A stretch of 64,000 nt of DNA from Kocuria sp. (GTDB lineage: Bacteria > Actinomycetota > Actinomycetes > Actinomycetales > Micrococcaceae), in the NCBI GenBank assembly GCA_030524035.1, contig JAUNHG010000001.1, positions 680,819 through 744,818 of the forward strand, written 5' to 3'. Below the pieces are notes generated by a model. The model searched no databases. It worked only from the letters and a program-made list of their open reading frames with translations, and was not told the origin of the DNA. The position numbers were made by a program, and so were the translations under genes. Below, piece after piece: positions 54,709 to 64,000 of this stretch; position 1 is the first letter of the stretch; every line of letters starts with the position of its first letter.

Positions 54709-56114
54709 ATGTCGCCCCCAGGGCCTACACCCTGCGTTCCCTGCACCAACTGACGCCACATAGTGGGGAATTGCGGCAGTGTTTTAGCGGTGGTTTCCAC
54801 GTTTTCCACCTGCACCCCGTCCACCACCAGACCCAACACGGCACCGGCGGTGGCCATGCGGTGATCGTTATACGAGAAAAACGTTCCTCTATGCAGCGCG
54901 GCAGGCTCACAACGCAATCCGTCATCGGTTTCTTGTATACACCCACCCAGCCGATTGATTTCGGTGGTGAGCGCGGCCAGGCGGTCTGTCTCGTGCCCCC
55001 GCAGGTGTGCGATGCCGCGCAACCGGGACGGCGTGGTGGCCACCGCGCAGATCGCCGCCACCGTGGGAGCCAGTTCGCCGGCAGCCGACAAGTTCACATC
55101 CACACCCTTCACGCGCTGGGGACCACGCACCGTGAAAGTATTTTCGACCAACTCCACCTCTGCCCCAAAGAGGGGAAGGATCTGCTGCCAATGGGCACCA
55201 CCCTGGGTGGTGTGCGTCGGCCAGTGGGGGATGGTGACCTCACCGCCGGTGACCACAGCAGCAGCCAAAAATGGTCCGGCATTGGAAAGATCCGGCTCCA
55301 CCTGTATGTCAAAGGCCGCGATAGTACCGGGGAAAACCCTCCACCGCGCGGGGTGGGAGTCATCCACCGTGATACCCACGTGGCGTAATACTTCAACCGT
55401 CATCTCCACGTGCGGCATGGAAGGAACCTGCCCCCCGGTGGTTGATTCGTGGATCAGCGTGAGTCCACCGTGCAGCTGGGAACCCACCATCAACATGGCG
55501 GTCACAAACTGCGAAGACTGCGTGGCATCAATGGTTAACTCTGCTCCCTTCAGCTGCGTGTGAGGGGAGGGTCCGTGGACCGTCAACGGTAAAGATTCGT
55601 GCGTTCCATCGCCCTCGGCCGTTACCGTGACGCCTAAGTCCCGCAGAGCCCGCACCACAGGGGCAATGGGGCGTTTACGGGCGTGTGGGTCGCCATCGAA
55701 CGTGGTGGTTCCTGGAATTAACGCAGCGATTGGTGGCACAAACCGCATAACCGTGCCTGCCAACCCACAGTCAACGGAGCGGTACAGCGTGCTCGGGCGA
55801 AACGGGCGGGGGATGGGGTCAACCACCAGATCCGGGCCGAAAGGGGATCCCGTATCGACTTCCGTGACCGTGGCCCCCAGCTGCCGTAAAGCGTCGATCA
55901 TCAGCGCGCTATCACGTGAATGCAGTGGGGAACGCAACCGACAGGGCCCATCTGCGAGTGCCGCTAACACTAACCACCGGTTGGTTAGCGACTTAGACCC
56001 GGGCACGGTGACGGACGCGGTGATGGGGCGTGAACCGACAAACGGAGCCGACCACAAGGCGTGTGCTGTGGTCGGCTCCGTGGGGTTACCCCCTGGGGAA
56101 TCCTGGTGGATCAC
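54705..56114 (-). CDS. aroA: 3-phosphoshikimate 1-carboxyvinyltransferase (EPSP synthase)
   Basis: VPGSKSLTNRWLVLAALADG is the EPSPS N-terminal signature. Full-length at about 450 aa. Confidence 0.85.
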   Translation of the reverse strand: MIHQDSPGGNPTEPTTAHALWSAPFVGSRPITASVTVPGSKSLTNRWLVLAALADGPCRLRSPLHSRDSALMIDALRQLGATVTEVDTGSPFGPDLVVDPIPRPFRPSTLYRSVDCGLAGTVMRFVPPIAALIPGTTTFDGDPHARKRPIAPVVRALRDLGVTVTAEGDGTHESLPLTVHGPSPHTQLKGAELTIDATQSSQFVTAMLMVGSQLHGGLTLIHESTTGGQVPSMPHVEMTVEVLRHVGITVDDSHPARWRVFPGTIAAFDIQVEPDLSNAGPFLAAAVVTGGEVTIPHWPTHTTQGGAHWQQILPLFGAEVELVENTFTVRGPQRVKGVDVNLSAAGELAPTVAAICAVATTPSRLRGIAHLRGHETDRLAALTTEINRLGGCIQETDDGLRCEPAALHRGTFFSYNDHRMATAGAVLGLVVDGVQVENVETTAKTLPQFPTMWRQLVQGTQGVGPGGDI

Positions 56115-56130
56115 AAATACTCCAGCGGGA

Positions 56131-56685
56131 TCAAGAAACAGACTTCTGGGCTTTTTTGGCTTTCTTAGCGGCGGTTTTCTGAGCTTTCTCCCAGCGCTTG
56201 GAAGCGTCCTTACTCAGGCCATTAGCCTGCTTCTGGACGTCGCTCACAAAGTGCTCCGCCCGCCACATCAGGGAGGGGCTGCCGTCAGTATCCACCGCAG
56301 CCAACATGGTGGCACCCACGAGAGAAATGTTCTTCAATCCGGAGTTACGGCGGGCGGCGCGCTGTTCCTTTGTCCCGTGATCCGCTGCCCGGAAATCCAG
56401 GTAGGCGTTAGCTGCCGTGGTGGAAAGCAGCACGGTGGCGGCAAGACGCGGAGCCTTCCCCAAAGCGAATAGTGCAGCGGCGCCGATCTGCGCTGCTGCT
56501 AAGCCCTGTGCCACTACAGCTGAATTCTGCAGGGCGGGATCGGCCTGGGGAACCGCGCGGCGGATAGTTTTCAAAGCCGGGTCAAGGTGTTCGGCAGCTG
56601 CTGAGGAATGACGGAAGCTGTCTATCCCATTGACGATGTAGCCGGTGGCCAGAAGGGGCCGGGCGATGCGGCGAACGATGCTCAT
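56131..56685 (-). CDS. DoxX-family membrane protein with a Lys-rich C-terminal tail
   Basis: Four hydrophobic segments. Sits between aroA and sigH as in mycobacteria. Confidence 0.45.
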   Translation of the reverse strand: MSIVRRIARPLLATGYIVNGIDSFRHSSAAAEHLDPALKTIRRAVPQADPALQNSAVVAQGLAAAQIGAAALFALGKAPRLAATVLLSTTAANAYLDFRAADHGTKEQRAARRNSGLKNISLVGATMLAAVDTDGSPSLMWRAEHFVSDVQKQANGLSKDASKRWEKAQKTAAKKAKKAQKSVS

Positions 56686-56817
56686 GAAGCTCTCCTAGAC
56701 GTATGCGTGGGCCGACCTTCATCACCACGAAGTCTGGACGTGGTTCGGGTTACTGGCCTGTCCCATCCTAACCAGGTGGGGTGGATGCCGGGCGACACAA
56801 AGCCCGACACACGGCAT

Positions 56818-56843
56818 GGAACAACCACGACCCCGTCACTGTT
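56818..56843 (+). promoter_or_regulatory. SigR/SigH-type ECF promoter (GGAAC-N18-GTT) upstream of sigH
   Basis: GGAAC (56818-22), an 18-nt spacer, then GTT (56841-43). A second GGAAC lies about 35 nt downstream. Consistent with known sigH/sigR autoregulation. Confidence 0.55.
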
Positions 56844-57000
56844 GGTACTTCACGGAACACAACCGCTGCGCAACAGCAGCGCATATTAGTCACGGGAGGC
56901 CATGGTGAACGTTCTTGACCGGCAATCACCCTCGACCCTGGAGGTGGGCGATGTCAGCAGACCACGGGTATCCGAACACCTGGGCCTAGACTTGAACGTG

Positions 57001-57723
57001 ATGAACGACAACGTCACACCTGAAAACTTGCGCTCTGAAGGCTTGGAAGAGCTGGATGTGGCCCAGGAGTCCCCGGCAGAACGCGCCGTGCGCTTTGAGC
57101 GGGAAGCAATGGTTTACATTGACCAGTTGTACGCCGCAGCCTTACGGATGGCACGCAACCCGGCTGATGCCGAAGACCTGGTGCAAGAGGCTTACACCAA
57201 AGCTTTTTCCTCCTATCACCAGTACCGACCGGGCACAAACCTTAAGGCGTGGCTCTACCGCATTCTGACGAACACTTACATCAACCTGTACCGGAAACGT
57301 CAGCGCGAACCGCAACAGTCCAACACGGACACGGTGGAGGACTGGCAACTGCACCGGGCGGAGCAACACTCCTCCACAGGCTTGCGATCAGCAGAAGTGG
57401 AGGCCCTGGACCACTTACCAGATTCCGACGTCAAACGGGCTTTACAAGAACTCCCTGAAGAGTTCCGCCTGGCCATCTACCTTTCCGACGTTGAAGGGTT
57501 TGCGTACAAGGAAATCGCAGAAATTATGGCCACGCCCATTGGCACGGTGATGTCCAGGCTGCACCGTGGCCGCAAGTTGTTGCGCGAAAAGTTGTCTGAC
57601 TACGCGGTGGATCGCGGCATCGACACAGCGGGAACCGGTCAACGCAAAACTTCCACCACGCAGGGCGCTACCGCGGATGCCAAGACGGCTGCCACGGCCG
57701 CAGCGTCCCCTGAAACTTCCTGA
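57001..57723 (+). CDS. sigH: ECF sigma factor SigH/SigR
   Basis: Region 2 ([37 protein letters not shown]) and region 4 ([40 protein letters not shown]) are near-identical in pattern to M. tuberculosis SigH. The ORF track starts at 56902, so a longer isoform is possible. Confidence 0.8.
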   Translation: MNDNVTPENLRSEGLEELDVAQESPAERAVRFEREAMVYIDQLYAAALRMARNPADAEDLVQEAYTKAFSSYHQYRPGTNLKAWLYRILTNTYINLYRKRQREPQQSNTDTVEDWQLHRAEQHSSTGLRSAEVEALDHLPDSDVKRALQELPEEFRLAIYLSDVEGFAYKEIAEIMATPIGTVMSRLHRGRKLLREKLSDYAVDRGIDTAGTGQRKTSTTQGATADAKTAATAAASPETS

Positions 57724-57782
57724 AACTTCACGGGAAACACCTTTGATGAACCTGATGACACCGCAAAACATAAGGATCACGC

Positions 57783-58097
57783 ATGACTGAACAGGCGACC
57801 AGCGCTGACGATTCCACCGCATCCGCACACCACCAGGCTAAGACCCCGTGTGGTTGCAGCGACGAACAAGTGGAGCGTATTTACGCGTACCTAGATGGTG
57901 CCCTGACGGTTGACGACATCAAAAAAATTGCTGACCACTTAGAGAACTGCGAAGACTGCACCCACGAAAGCGAACTTGAGCAAGTCATTCGCACTGCGGT
58001 CAAGCGTTCATGCAGTGAAACGGCACCGGAGACACTGAAATCGACAATTCGGCAGCGTATCCAGCAAGAATGTGGGCAGCCTCTTAAGAATTCCTAA
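57783..58097 (+). CDS. rshA: Zinc-binding anti-sigma factor RshA/RsrA (ZAS family)
   Basis: H-x3-C-x2-C ZAS motif HLENCEDC plus an N-terminal Cys (CGCSDEQVERIYAYLDG). Immediately downstream of sigH. Confidence 0.8.
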   Translation: MTEQATSADDSTASAHHQAKTPCGCSDEQVERIYAYLDGALTVDDIKKIADHLENCEDCTHESELEQVIRTAVKRSCSETAPETLKSTIRQRIQQECGQPLKNS

Positions 58098-58119
58098 GTC
58101 CTCAGGTGTTGCGGCACCC

Positions 58120-58167
58120 ATGAGTAACGGCCCGGCCCCGTTGTGTAGGGGGCGGGCCGTTACTCAT
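58120..58167. terminator. Long GC-rich hairpin between convergent rshA (+) and bL37 (-); no U-tract
   Basis: 15-bp perfect stem ATGAGTAACGGCCCG / CGGGCCGTTACTCAT with an 18-nt loop that can extend the pairing. Confidence 0.5.
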
Positions 58168-58207
58168 GCTTGGCACTCTGGTGCCACCACGTAGGACGTG
58201 GGATCTT

Positions 58208-58282
58208 TCAGGCGTTGGGGCGTTTGCCGTGGTTCGCCTTGTTCTTGCGGCGATCCTTACGCTTCCGTCCGCGCTTGCTCAT
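58208..58282 (-). CDS. 50S ribosomal protein bL37 (24 aa)
   Basis: Not in the ORF track because it is under 60 aa. Minus-strand ATG with AGGAGG 5 nt upstream. Encodes MSKRGRKRKDRRKNKANHGKRPNA, matching the pattern of the tiny actinobacterial ribosomal protein bL37 (MAKRGRKKRDRKHSKANHGKRPNA-type). Confidence 0.6.
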   Translation of the reverse strand: MSKRGRKRKDRRKNKANHGKRPNA

Positions 58283-58421
58283 GCGAACCTCCTGTATGAC
58301 GTCAACCTGCGTTGATTGGCCTTCTTCATGCCGGGGAAATCCCGGCGCGGGCACAGTGGCCTATTGTCGCACACTCGATGAGCCCCACGCCCCGCAAACG
58401 TAGGGCAGCAAACGGTTACTT

Positions 58422-59021
58422 TCACTGAGGTTCGGGAAGGTCCAGCCAGGAGTACCAACCACGGTGGAGTACCAACCAGGCGATCAAACCGTACCCAGCC
58501 TGACCCGGTTGGCCATCGTTGGCGGCAAGATCTTTACGCCACTGTTCGTGGTGCTGCAACGGATTAAATGTATCCACGTAAATGTGATGACGGCGCGTCA
58601 CAACATCGGCATAGGCTGCGGATAAGTCTGCGATCTTGCGGTTGCGGTCAGCATCAAGTGTGGGTGGGGGACCAACCACCAACACTTTGATGTTGTTCTG
58701 GGATGCGGTATCCACGATGTTGGCCATATTCAACCGCGAACGCGCTGTAGTGACACCAAGATCAACATCAGCGGTGGACGGTGCAATCACCAGGCGGTTG
58801 TCCGCACCGGCAGATAACCGCCTGGAGGCTTCGTCAAACCAGCGTTCGCTCAGGGACTCACTGCCTTCCCCCGGAGCGGCCAACACATACGAGGAGACCG
58901 GAACGACGTCATGCGGGGTGCGCGCTAAGACACGCCCATACCAGCCGAGGGCGCGAGGGTCTCCCGTCCCGGCCAGCAGTTCGTCACCCACGGCAACAAT
59001 TCTGATCCTGCGTTGATCCAC
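58422..59021 (-). CDS. SGNH/GDSL-family hydrolase
   Basis: N-terminal block RIVAVGDELLAG (GDS(L)-like), with later GxND and DxxH-like regions. GTG at 59021 is preceded by AAGGA. The ORF-track start (59153) is probably over-extended. Confidence 0.55.
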   Translation of the reverse strand: MDQRRIRIVAVGDELLAGTGDPRALGWYGRVLARTPHDVVPVSSYVLAAPGEGSESLSERWFDEASRRLSAGADNRLVIAPSTADVDLGVTTARSRLNMANIVDTASQNNIKVLVVGPPPTLDADRNRKIADLSAAYADVVTRRHHIYVDTFNPLQHHEQWRKDLAANDGQPGQAGYGLIAWLVLHRGWYSWLDLPEPQ

Positions 59022-59194
59022 GGCTTTCCTTCTGTGGTCTGTTCTGAACTCAAATGGACCGGGGCAAGCCGTACATCGTGGGGGAGGGGAGCCATAACGG
59101 CGGCCCATTCGGCTATGCTGATTCGGTTCACTCTCCACCGTACACGGCACCATGCACAGGACTCGTGCGCGGTGCCGTGTGGTGTGGCAGCGGG

Positions 59195-62100
59195 TCAGCG
59201 GTTATCGAATAACTCCTCCAACAGGTTTTCGTTTTCTGCCCCATGACGCTTTGCGGACCCATTAGCGGGGGACGCCGACGCCGGACGCGAAACGAGCCGA
59301 ACACGGCGGTCAAGTTCGGGAACCAAATTGACCGCCATAAACGGCCAAGCACCCTGGTTCGCGGGTTCATCCTGAGCCCACGTGACGGCGGCTTGTGGGT
59401 ACCGGGCCAGCTCAGCTTTAATTTCCTCCCCCGGCAGCGGGTAGAGCTGCTCCACGCGCACCACGGCAGTTGTGGTGTCCTGACGCTGGGCACGTTCTGC
59501 CACGATGTCGTAGTACAGGCGACCAGAGACCAGCACAACATCGGTGACAGCCTGGGGGCTCAGGCCCGCTTGGTCCTCAATGACCGGCCGGAACGCCCCC
59601 GACGTGAACTCTTCCAGAGGAGAAGCCGCAGCCTTCAGCCGCAGCAACTGCTTGGGGGATGCCACAATCAGTGGCTTCCGAGGGCGGGAGTAAGCCTGAC
59701 GGCGCAACAGGTGGAAATGATTGGCGGGGGTGGAAGGCTGGGCCACGATCATGTTCTTTTCCGCGCACAGTGTGAGGAAACGTTCAAGACGCGCCGATGA
59801 GTGATCCGGGCCCTGGCCTTCAAAGCCGTGCGGCAACAACATGACCAGTGAGGACCGCTGCCCCCATTTCTGTTCAGCGGAGGACACAAATTCGTCCACA
59901 ATGGTCTGCGCACCATTGATGAAGTCACCGAACTGGGCTTCCCACACGGTCAAAGCATCCGGGCGTTCCACCGAGTACCCGTACTCAAAGCCCAGTACAC
60001 CGTACTCAGACAGCAAGGAGTTGTAGATCGATAATGGGGCCTGATCGTCCGTCAACTGGTTTAGCGGCGTCCACTCATCACCGTTGACGTTGTCAAAGAA
60101 CACGGCATGTCGCTGCGTGAAGGTCCCACGGCAGACATCTTGGCCGGTCATACGGACCGGAATGCCTTCCATCATGAGGGAGGCAAAAGCCATGATTTCG
60201 CCCATGCCCCAATCGACATCACCGTCGATGGTCATCTTGGCGCGACGCTCCAGCAGTTTGGTGAGTTTGCGGTGCACGGTGAAACCATCAGGAACTTCCA
60301 TGTGTACCTCACCGATGCGGCGGGCAGTTTCTGGAGAAATCCCGGTGGACCGGGGATTGGACACCCCAGAATCGGTTTGTTGCGCCGAAGGACGTTCAAT
60401 ATCCGCAATGGCCGCAGCATCCCCGGTGACTAGTGGAACCTCTGAGGTTTGTGCCTCATGACTTTCGGTGAAGACTCGTTCCAGGCGCTCCTGGTAGTCC
60501 TTCAAAGCGCGGTCCGCTTCTTCTTGGCTGATGTCGCCACGGCCCACCAAGTTGGCGGTGTACACCTTACGGGTGGAACGCTTTTGCTCAATCGTGTGGT
60601 ACATCAACGGCTGAGTCATAGACGGATCGTCGCCCTCGTTATGCCCACGACGCCGGTAGCACACGAGGTCGATCACAACGTCCTTGTTGAAGCGTTGGCG
60701 GTAGGCAAAAGCCAACTGACCCACATGGGTCACGGCTTCGGGGTCATCAGCATTGACGTGGAAGATCGGGGCCTGAATGGTGCGCGCGACGTCCGTGGCG
60801 TAGGTGGATGTGCGTCCGGCTTCCGGGGCAGTGGTAAAACCGATTTGATTGTTGACCACCACATGCACCGTGCCGCCGGTTTTGTATGCCGGTAGCTGGG
60901 ACATCTGCATGACTTCCAGCACGATGCCCTGCCCGGCCATGGCAGCATCCCCATGTACCTGGATGGGTAGAACGGGGTAGGAGTCATCGCCTTCCGGGCC
61001 CGCCCCCAGCACGTCGGTCTTAGCGCGCGCTACGCCCTCAATCACCGGATCAACGGCTTCCAGATGGGACGGGTTAGCCCCCAGATACACCTGGGTCTGG
61101 TGGCCGGCATCTGAGGTAAATGTGCCCTCCGTGCCCAGGTGGTACTTCACGTCACCGGAACCTTCTGGGCCACGAGGGTCTTGGCTGCCTTCAAATTCGC
61201 GGAAAACCTGTGCGTAGGACTTGCCGGCGATATTGGTCAGTACGTTGAGGCGGCCACGGTGTGCCATGCCGATGACAACACCGGCCAGATTCTCATCCGC
61301 GGCGTCGGAAATTATGGCGTCCAAGAGCGGGATTAGGGATTCCCCGCCTTCTAAAGAGAAACGCTTTTGCCCGACGTATTTGGTCTGCAAGAAGGTTTCA
61401 AAAGCTTCGGCGGCGTTGAGGCGACTGAGGATACGGAATTGTTCGTCCCGTGAAGGTTTGGTGTAGCTCTTTTCAAGCTGCTCCTGGAACCATTCGCGTT
61501 CGTCCGGGGTTTCCAGGTGCATGTATTCCACACCCACTGTGCGGCAGTACGCGTCACGCAATAGCCCCAGGATGGTGCGCAGGCTCAAGCGCTGCGACCC
61601 CCCAAAACCACCCGTGGGCCATTCCCTGTCCAAATCCCACAGAGACAAACCATAGGTTCGGATATCCAAATCTGGGTGGGTGCGCATGGTGTAACCCACC
61701 GGGTTCAAATCAGCCATCATGTGTCCACGCACTCGATAAGCGTGGATCAACTGCTGGATCCGGGCTACTTTGTTGATTTCAGTTTCTGGGTTGACCTGGT
61801 TATCCAGTGCCCACCGCACGGGTTCATAGGGGACTTTAAGATCCTGGAAAATTTCATCCCAGAATTCATCACCCAATAGGTAGGACTCCACCAGTTTCAA
61901 GAACTCGCCGGAGCCCGCGCCCTGAATCACGCGATGGTCATAAGTGGAAGTTAGCGTGATGATCTTGGAAATTGCATTACGCGCTAATGTTCGGGGGGAA
62001 GAACCTCTGTATTCCGCAGGGTAATCCAAGGCACCCACACCGATAATTGCCGCTTGCCCCTTAGATAAACGCGGCACAGAATGCACGGTTCCAATGCCAC

Positions 62101-62863
62101 CGGGGTTAGTGAGCGATACCGTAGTACCAGCGTAATCTTCCATGGTCAGTTCCGCGTTGCGAGCGCGGCGGACCATGTCTTCATAAGCATTCCAGAACTG
62201 GCGGAAATTCATGTCCTCGGCACCCTTGATATTGGGCACTACCAGATTGCGGGAACCGTCTTTATTGGGGAGGTCAATGGCTAACCCAAAATTCACGTGC
62301 GCCGGGTGGATCGCGACCGGTTTGCCGTCCTGGACGTCATAGGTGACGTTCATCGAGGGGAAGTTCTTGAGTGCTTTCACCACCGCGTAACCGATTAAGT
62401 GAGTAAAAGACACCTTACCGCCGCGATTGCGAGCCAAGTGAGAGTTGATCACAATGCGGTTATCAATCAACAGTTTGGCCGGCACAGCGCGCACCGTCGT
62501 GGCGGTGGGCACGGTCAGTGATGCATCCATGTTGGCGGCCACTGCTTTGGCGGGTCCACGGAGTTTCACCACTTGGTCCTGAGCTTCCGCCTCAGCATCT
62601 GATGCGGCGGCAGGATCATGCGCTGAGGGAGCGGGAGAGGAGGTCTGTGTGTGCACGGGATCCTTCTTCTGGACGGTGGTTGTAGGCTGAGTCGGTGTGG
62701 GGGCTGCGGCGTCCATGGCCTCAAAGATGGGCCACCACCCTTTGTCCACTGTGTTTTTGTCGGCTCTGTACCTCTTATAGAGGTCTTCGACGAGCCATTC
62801 ATTGCCCGCGAACTCTTCAGGGATCAGATCTCGTGGTGTGCCCGGCACGTGCCTACGCCTCAT
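59195..62863 (-). CDS. kgd: Multifunctional 2-oxoglutarate decarboxylase/dehydrogenase E1 with N-terminal E2-like acyltransferase domain (Kgd/OdhA)
   Basis: 1222 aa. The N-terminus ...EFAGNEWLVEDLYKRYRADKNTVDKGW and E2-catalytic-like block VPTATTVRAVPAKLLIDNRIVINSHL align with mycobacterial Kgd. ThDP-binding E1 motifs occur throughout. Confidence 0.9.
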   Translation of the reverse strand: MRRRHVPGTPRDLIPEEFAGNEWLVEDLYKRYRADKNTVDKGWWPIFEAMDAAAPTPTQPTTTVQKKDPVHTQTSSPAPSAHDPAAASDAEAEAQDQVVKLRGPAKAVAANMDASLTVPTATTVRAVPAKLLIDNRIVINSHLARNRGGKVSFTHLIGYAVVKALKNFPSMNVTYDVQDGKPVAIHPAHVNFGLAIDLPNKDGSRNLVVPNIKGAEDMNFRQFWNAYEDMVRRARNAELTMEDYAGTTVSLTNPGGIGTVHSVPRLSKGQAAIIGVGALDYPAEYRGSSPRTLARNAISKIITLTSTYDHRVIQGAGSGEFLKLVESYLLGDEFWDEIFQDLKVPYEPVRWALDNQVNPETEINKVARIQQLIHAYRVRGHMMADLNPVGYTMRTHPDLDIRTYGLSLWDLDREWPTGGFGGSQRLSLRTILGLLRDAYCRTVGVEYMHLETPDEREWFQEQLEKSYTKPSRDEQFRILSRLNAAEAFETFLQTKYVGQKRFSLEGGESLIPLLDAIISDAADENLAGVVIGMAHRGRLNVLTNIAGKSYAQVFREFEGSQDPRGPEGSGDVKYHLGTEGTFTSDAGHQTQVYLGANPSHLEAVDPVIEGVARAKTDVLGAGPEGDDSYPVLPIQVHGDAAMAGQGIVLEVMQMSQLPAYKTGGTVHVVVNNQIGFTTAPEAGRTSTYATDVARTIQAPIFHVNADDPEAVTHVGQLAFAYRQRFNKDVVIDLVCYRRRGHNEGDDPSMTQPLMYHTIEQKRSTRKVYTANLVGRGDISQEEADRALKDYQERLERVFTESHEAQTSEVPLVTGDAAAIADIERPSAQQTDSGVSNPRSTGISPETARRIGEVHMEVPDGFTVHRKLTKLLERRAKMTIDGDVDWGMGEIMAFASLMMEGIPVRMTGQDVCRGTFTQRHAVFFDNVNGDEWTPLNQLTDDQAPLSIYNSLLSEYGVLGFEYGYSVERPDALTVWEAQFGDFINGAQTIVDEFVSSAEQKWGQRSSLVMLLPHGFEGQGPDHSSARLERFLTLCAEKNMIVAQPSTPANHFHLLRRQAYSRPRKPLIVASPKQLLRLKAAASPLEEFTSGAFRPVIEDQAGLSPQAVTDVVLVSGRLYYDIVAERAQRQDTTTAVVRVEQLYPLPGEEIKAELARYPQAAVTWAQDEPANQGAWPFMAVNLVPELDRRVRLVSRPASASPANGSAKRHGAENENLLEELFDNR

Positions 62864-63056
62864 TCTCTCGTCGTGATCCAGTGACCTTCTTTGGTCACCC
62901 CAGCGATTGCCTGGTTCACCGGCGGCTTTGCCCGCTGTGGTCCGCCAGTGAACAGCGCATGGTCGTCGTACTAACGGGTTAGTCTAGTGTTCAACGCAAC
63001 AGACGGCCAACAACATTCGTGATCGCGGTTCATGCCGAGGAAAGTGAACCTTTACA

Positions 63057-64000
63057 GTGGTGTTCGTGCGTTTTTTGAACACCCCTGTCACTGATCTGAC
63101 ATACAGTGACGTTTTTCTGGTGCCTTCTTCTTCCCGAGTCACGAGTCGATTTGATGTTGACCTTACGGTGGGTGACCCGACGGGCTCCACTACTCCCTTG
63201 GTAGCGGCGAATATGACGGCTGTGACCGGTAAGCGCATGGTGGAAACCATGGCCCGGCGTGGCGGCTTGGGAATTTTGCCGCAAGATATTCCCGGGGATG
63301 TGGTGGCACGGGAAACCGCGTGGGTTAAAAGCTGCTCGCCACATCACGAATCGGTGCGGCGTATGAATCCGGAGGACACCGTTCGGGATGCCCTGACACA
63401 GATGCACCGATACGCCCATTCGTCAGTGGTGGTTACGGATGCCCAGGGTGGTTTTGTGGGCATGGTGACAGACGCTGATTGCCGCGACGTGGACCGCTTT
63501 ACGCAGTTACACGTGGTGATGCGCCGTGACGTGCCGATTTTCACTGCTGCAGAACTTGCGGTGCGTTCCGGTGCTGATCCTTCCGGGCCGGCCGGATTAT
63601 GGGACGCGATGTCACGCGTTAGCGCCGAAATGGAACGCCAACGCGTGACTGTAGCTCCTGTGGTGGATGGGCAACGAGTGGTGGGAGTGATCAGCAGGCA
63701 GGCGGCACTGCGGTCGACCATTTACGCCCCGAACGTTGATGCGAGTGGTGCGCTGAAAGTGGGCGCTGCCGTCGGAATTAACGGCGACGTCGCGGGGAAA
63801 ACAGAAGAGCTGATCCGGGCTGGTGTGGATGTGTTGGTGGTGGACACCGCTCATGGTCATCAGCGCAAAATGCTGGAGGCGCTATCCACTGTGCGGCGGG
63901 TGGCACCAGAGCATCCCATTGTGGCGGGCAACGTCGTGACTGCTGACGGCGTTCGGGACCTGGTAGATGCTGGCGCGGACGTGATCAAAGTAGGCGTGGG
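63057..64000 (+). CDS. guaB1: IMP dehydrogenase-family protein (GuaB1/GMP-reductase-like); 3' end lies outside the window
   Basis: N-terminus ...LTYSDVFLVPSSS..., tandem CBS pair, catalytic-barrel motifs (GVDVLVVDTAHGHQ, GADVIKVGV). Start codon uncertain (GTG at 63057, 63060 or 63066). Confidence 0.7.
   Translation, partial: MVFVRFLNTPVTDLTYSDVFLVPSSSRVTSRFDVDLTVGDPTGSTTPLVAANMTAVTGKRMVETMARRGGLGILPQDIPGDVVARETAWVKSCSPHHESVRRMNPEDTVRDALTQMHRYAHSSVVVTDAQGGFVGMVTDADCRDVDRFTQLHVVMRRDVPIFTAAELAVRSGADPSGPAGLWDAMSRVSAEMERQRVTVAPVVDGQRVVGVISRQAALRSTIYAPNVDASGALKVGAAVGINGDVAGKTEELIRAGVDVLVVDTAHGHQRKMLEALSTVRRVAPEHPIVAGNVVTADGVRDLVDAGADVIKVGV

Overview
This 64-kb window is a chromosomal segment from a moderately high-GC actinobacterium. 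Gene order closely mirrors Mycobacterium/Corynebacterium core synteny: the uvrD2 neighbourhood (the Rv3193c-Rv3198c block), mtrA-mtrB-lpqB-comF-hpf-secA, whiB1/pdtaS, glf-glfT2-wzm/wzt, prfB-smpB-ssrA, hisN-rsgA-aroA and sigH-rshA-kgd. Almost all of it is housekeeping coding sequence on both strands, with frequent 4-bp ATGA/GTGA overlaps between adjacent genes.

RNA genes and small elements supported directly by the sequence:
- an initiator tRNA-fMet (C1xA72 mismatch, GGG/CCC anticodon stem, anticodon CAT) at 11395-11468;
- a complete tmRNA (ssrA) at 49585-49953, directly after smpB, with tag reading frame ANSKRTDFALAA;
- several intrinsic terminators, and a sigma-R/H-type promoter (GGAAC-N18-GTT) upstream of sigH;
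- an unlisted 24-codon ORF that matches the tiny ribosomal protein bL37 (58208-58282, minus strand).

Accessory-like content is limited to two places.
- A roughly 2.8-kb variable locus lies immediately 3' of ssrA. It carries a ~408-aa gene with a C-terminal RES domain (NAD+-glycohydrolase toxin family) behind an N-terminal extension, with no recognisable antitoxin. Next to it are a distinctly AT-rich DUF1304 membrane-protein gene and a DUF4190 gene. No integrase or att repeat is visible.
- A Tad/Flp pilus locus is physically split into cpaB-tadZ and tadA-tadB-tadC-flp-tadE-tadE-tadG, separated by about 8 kb of core genes.

No CRISPR arrays, IS elements or rRNA genes were seen.
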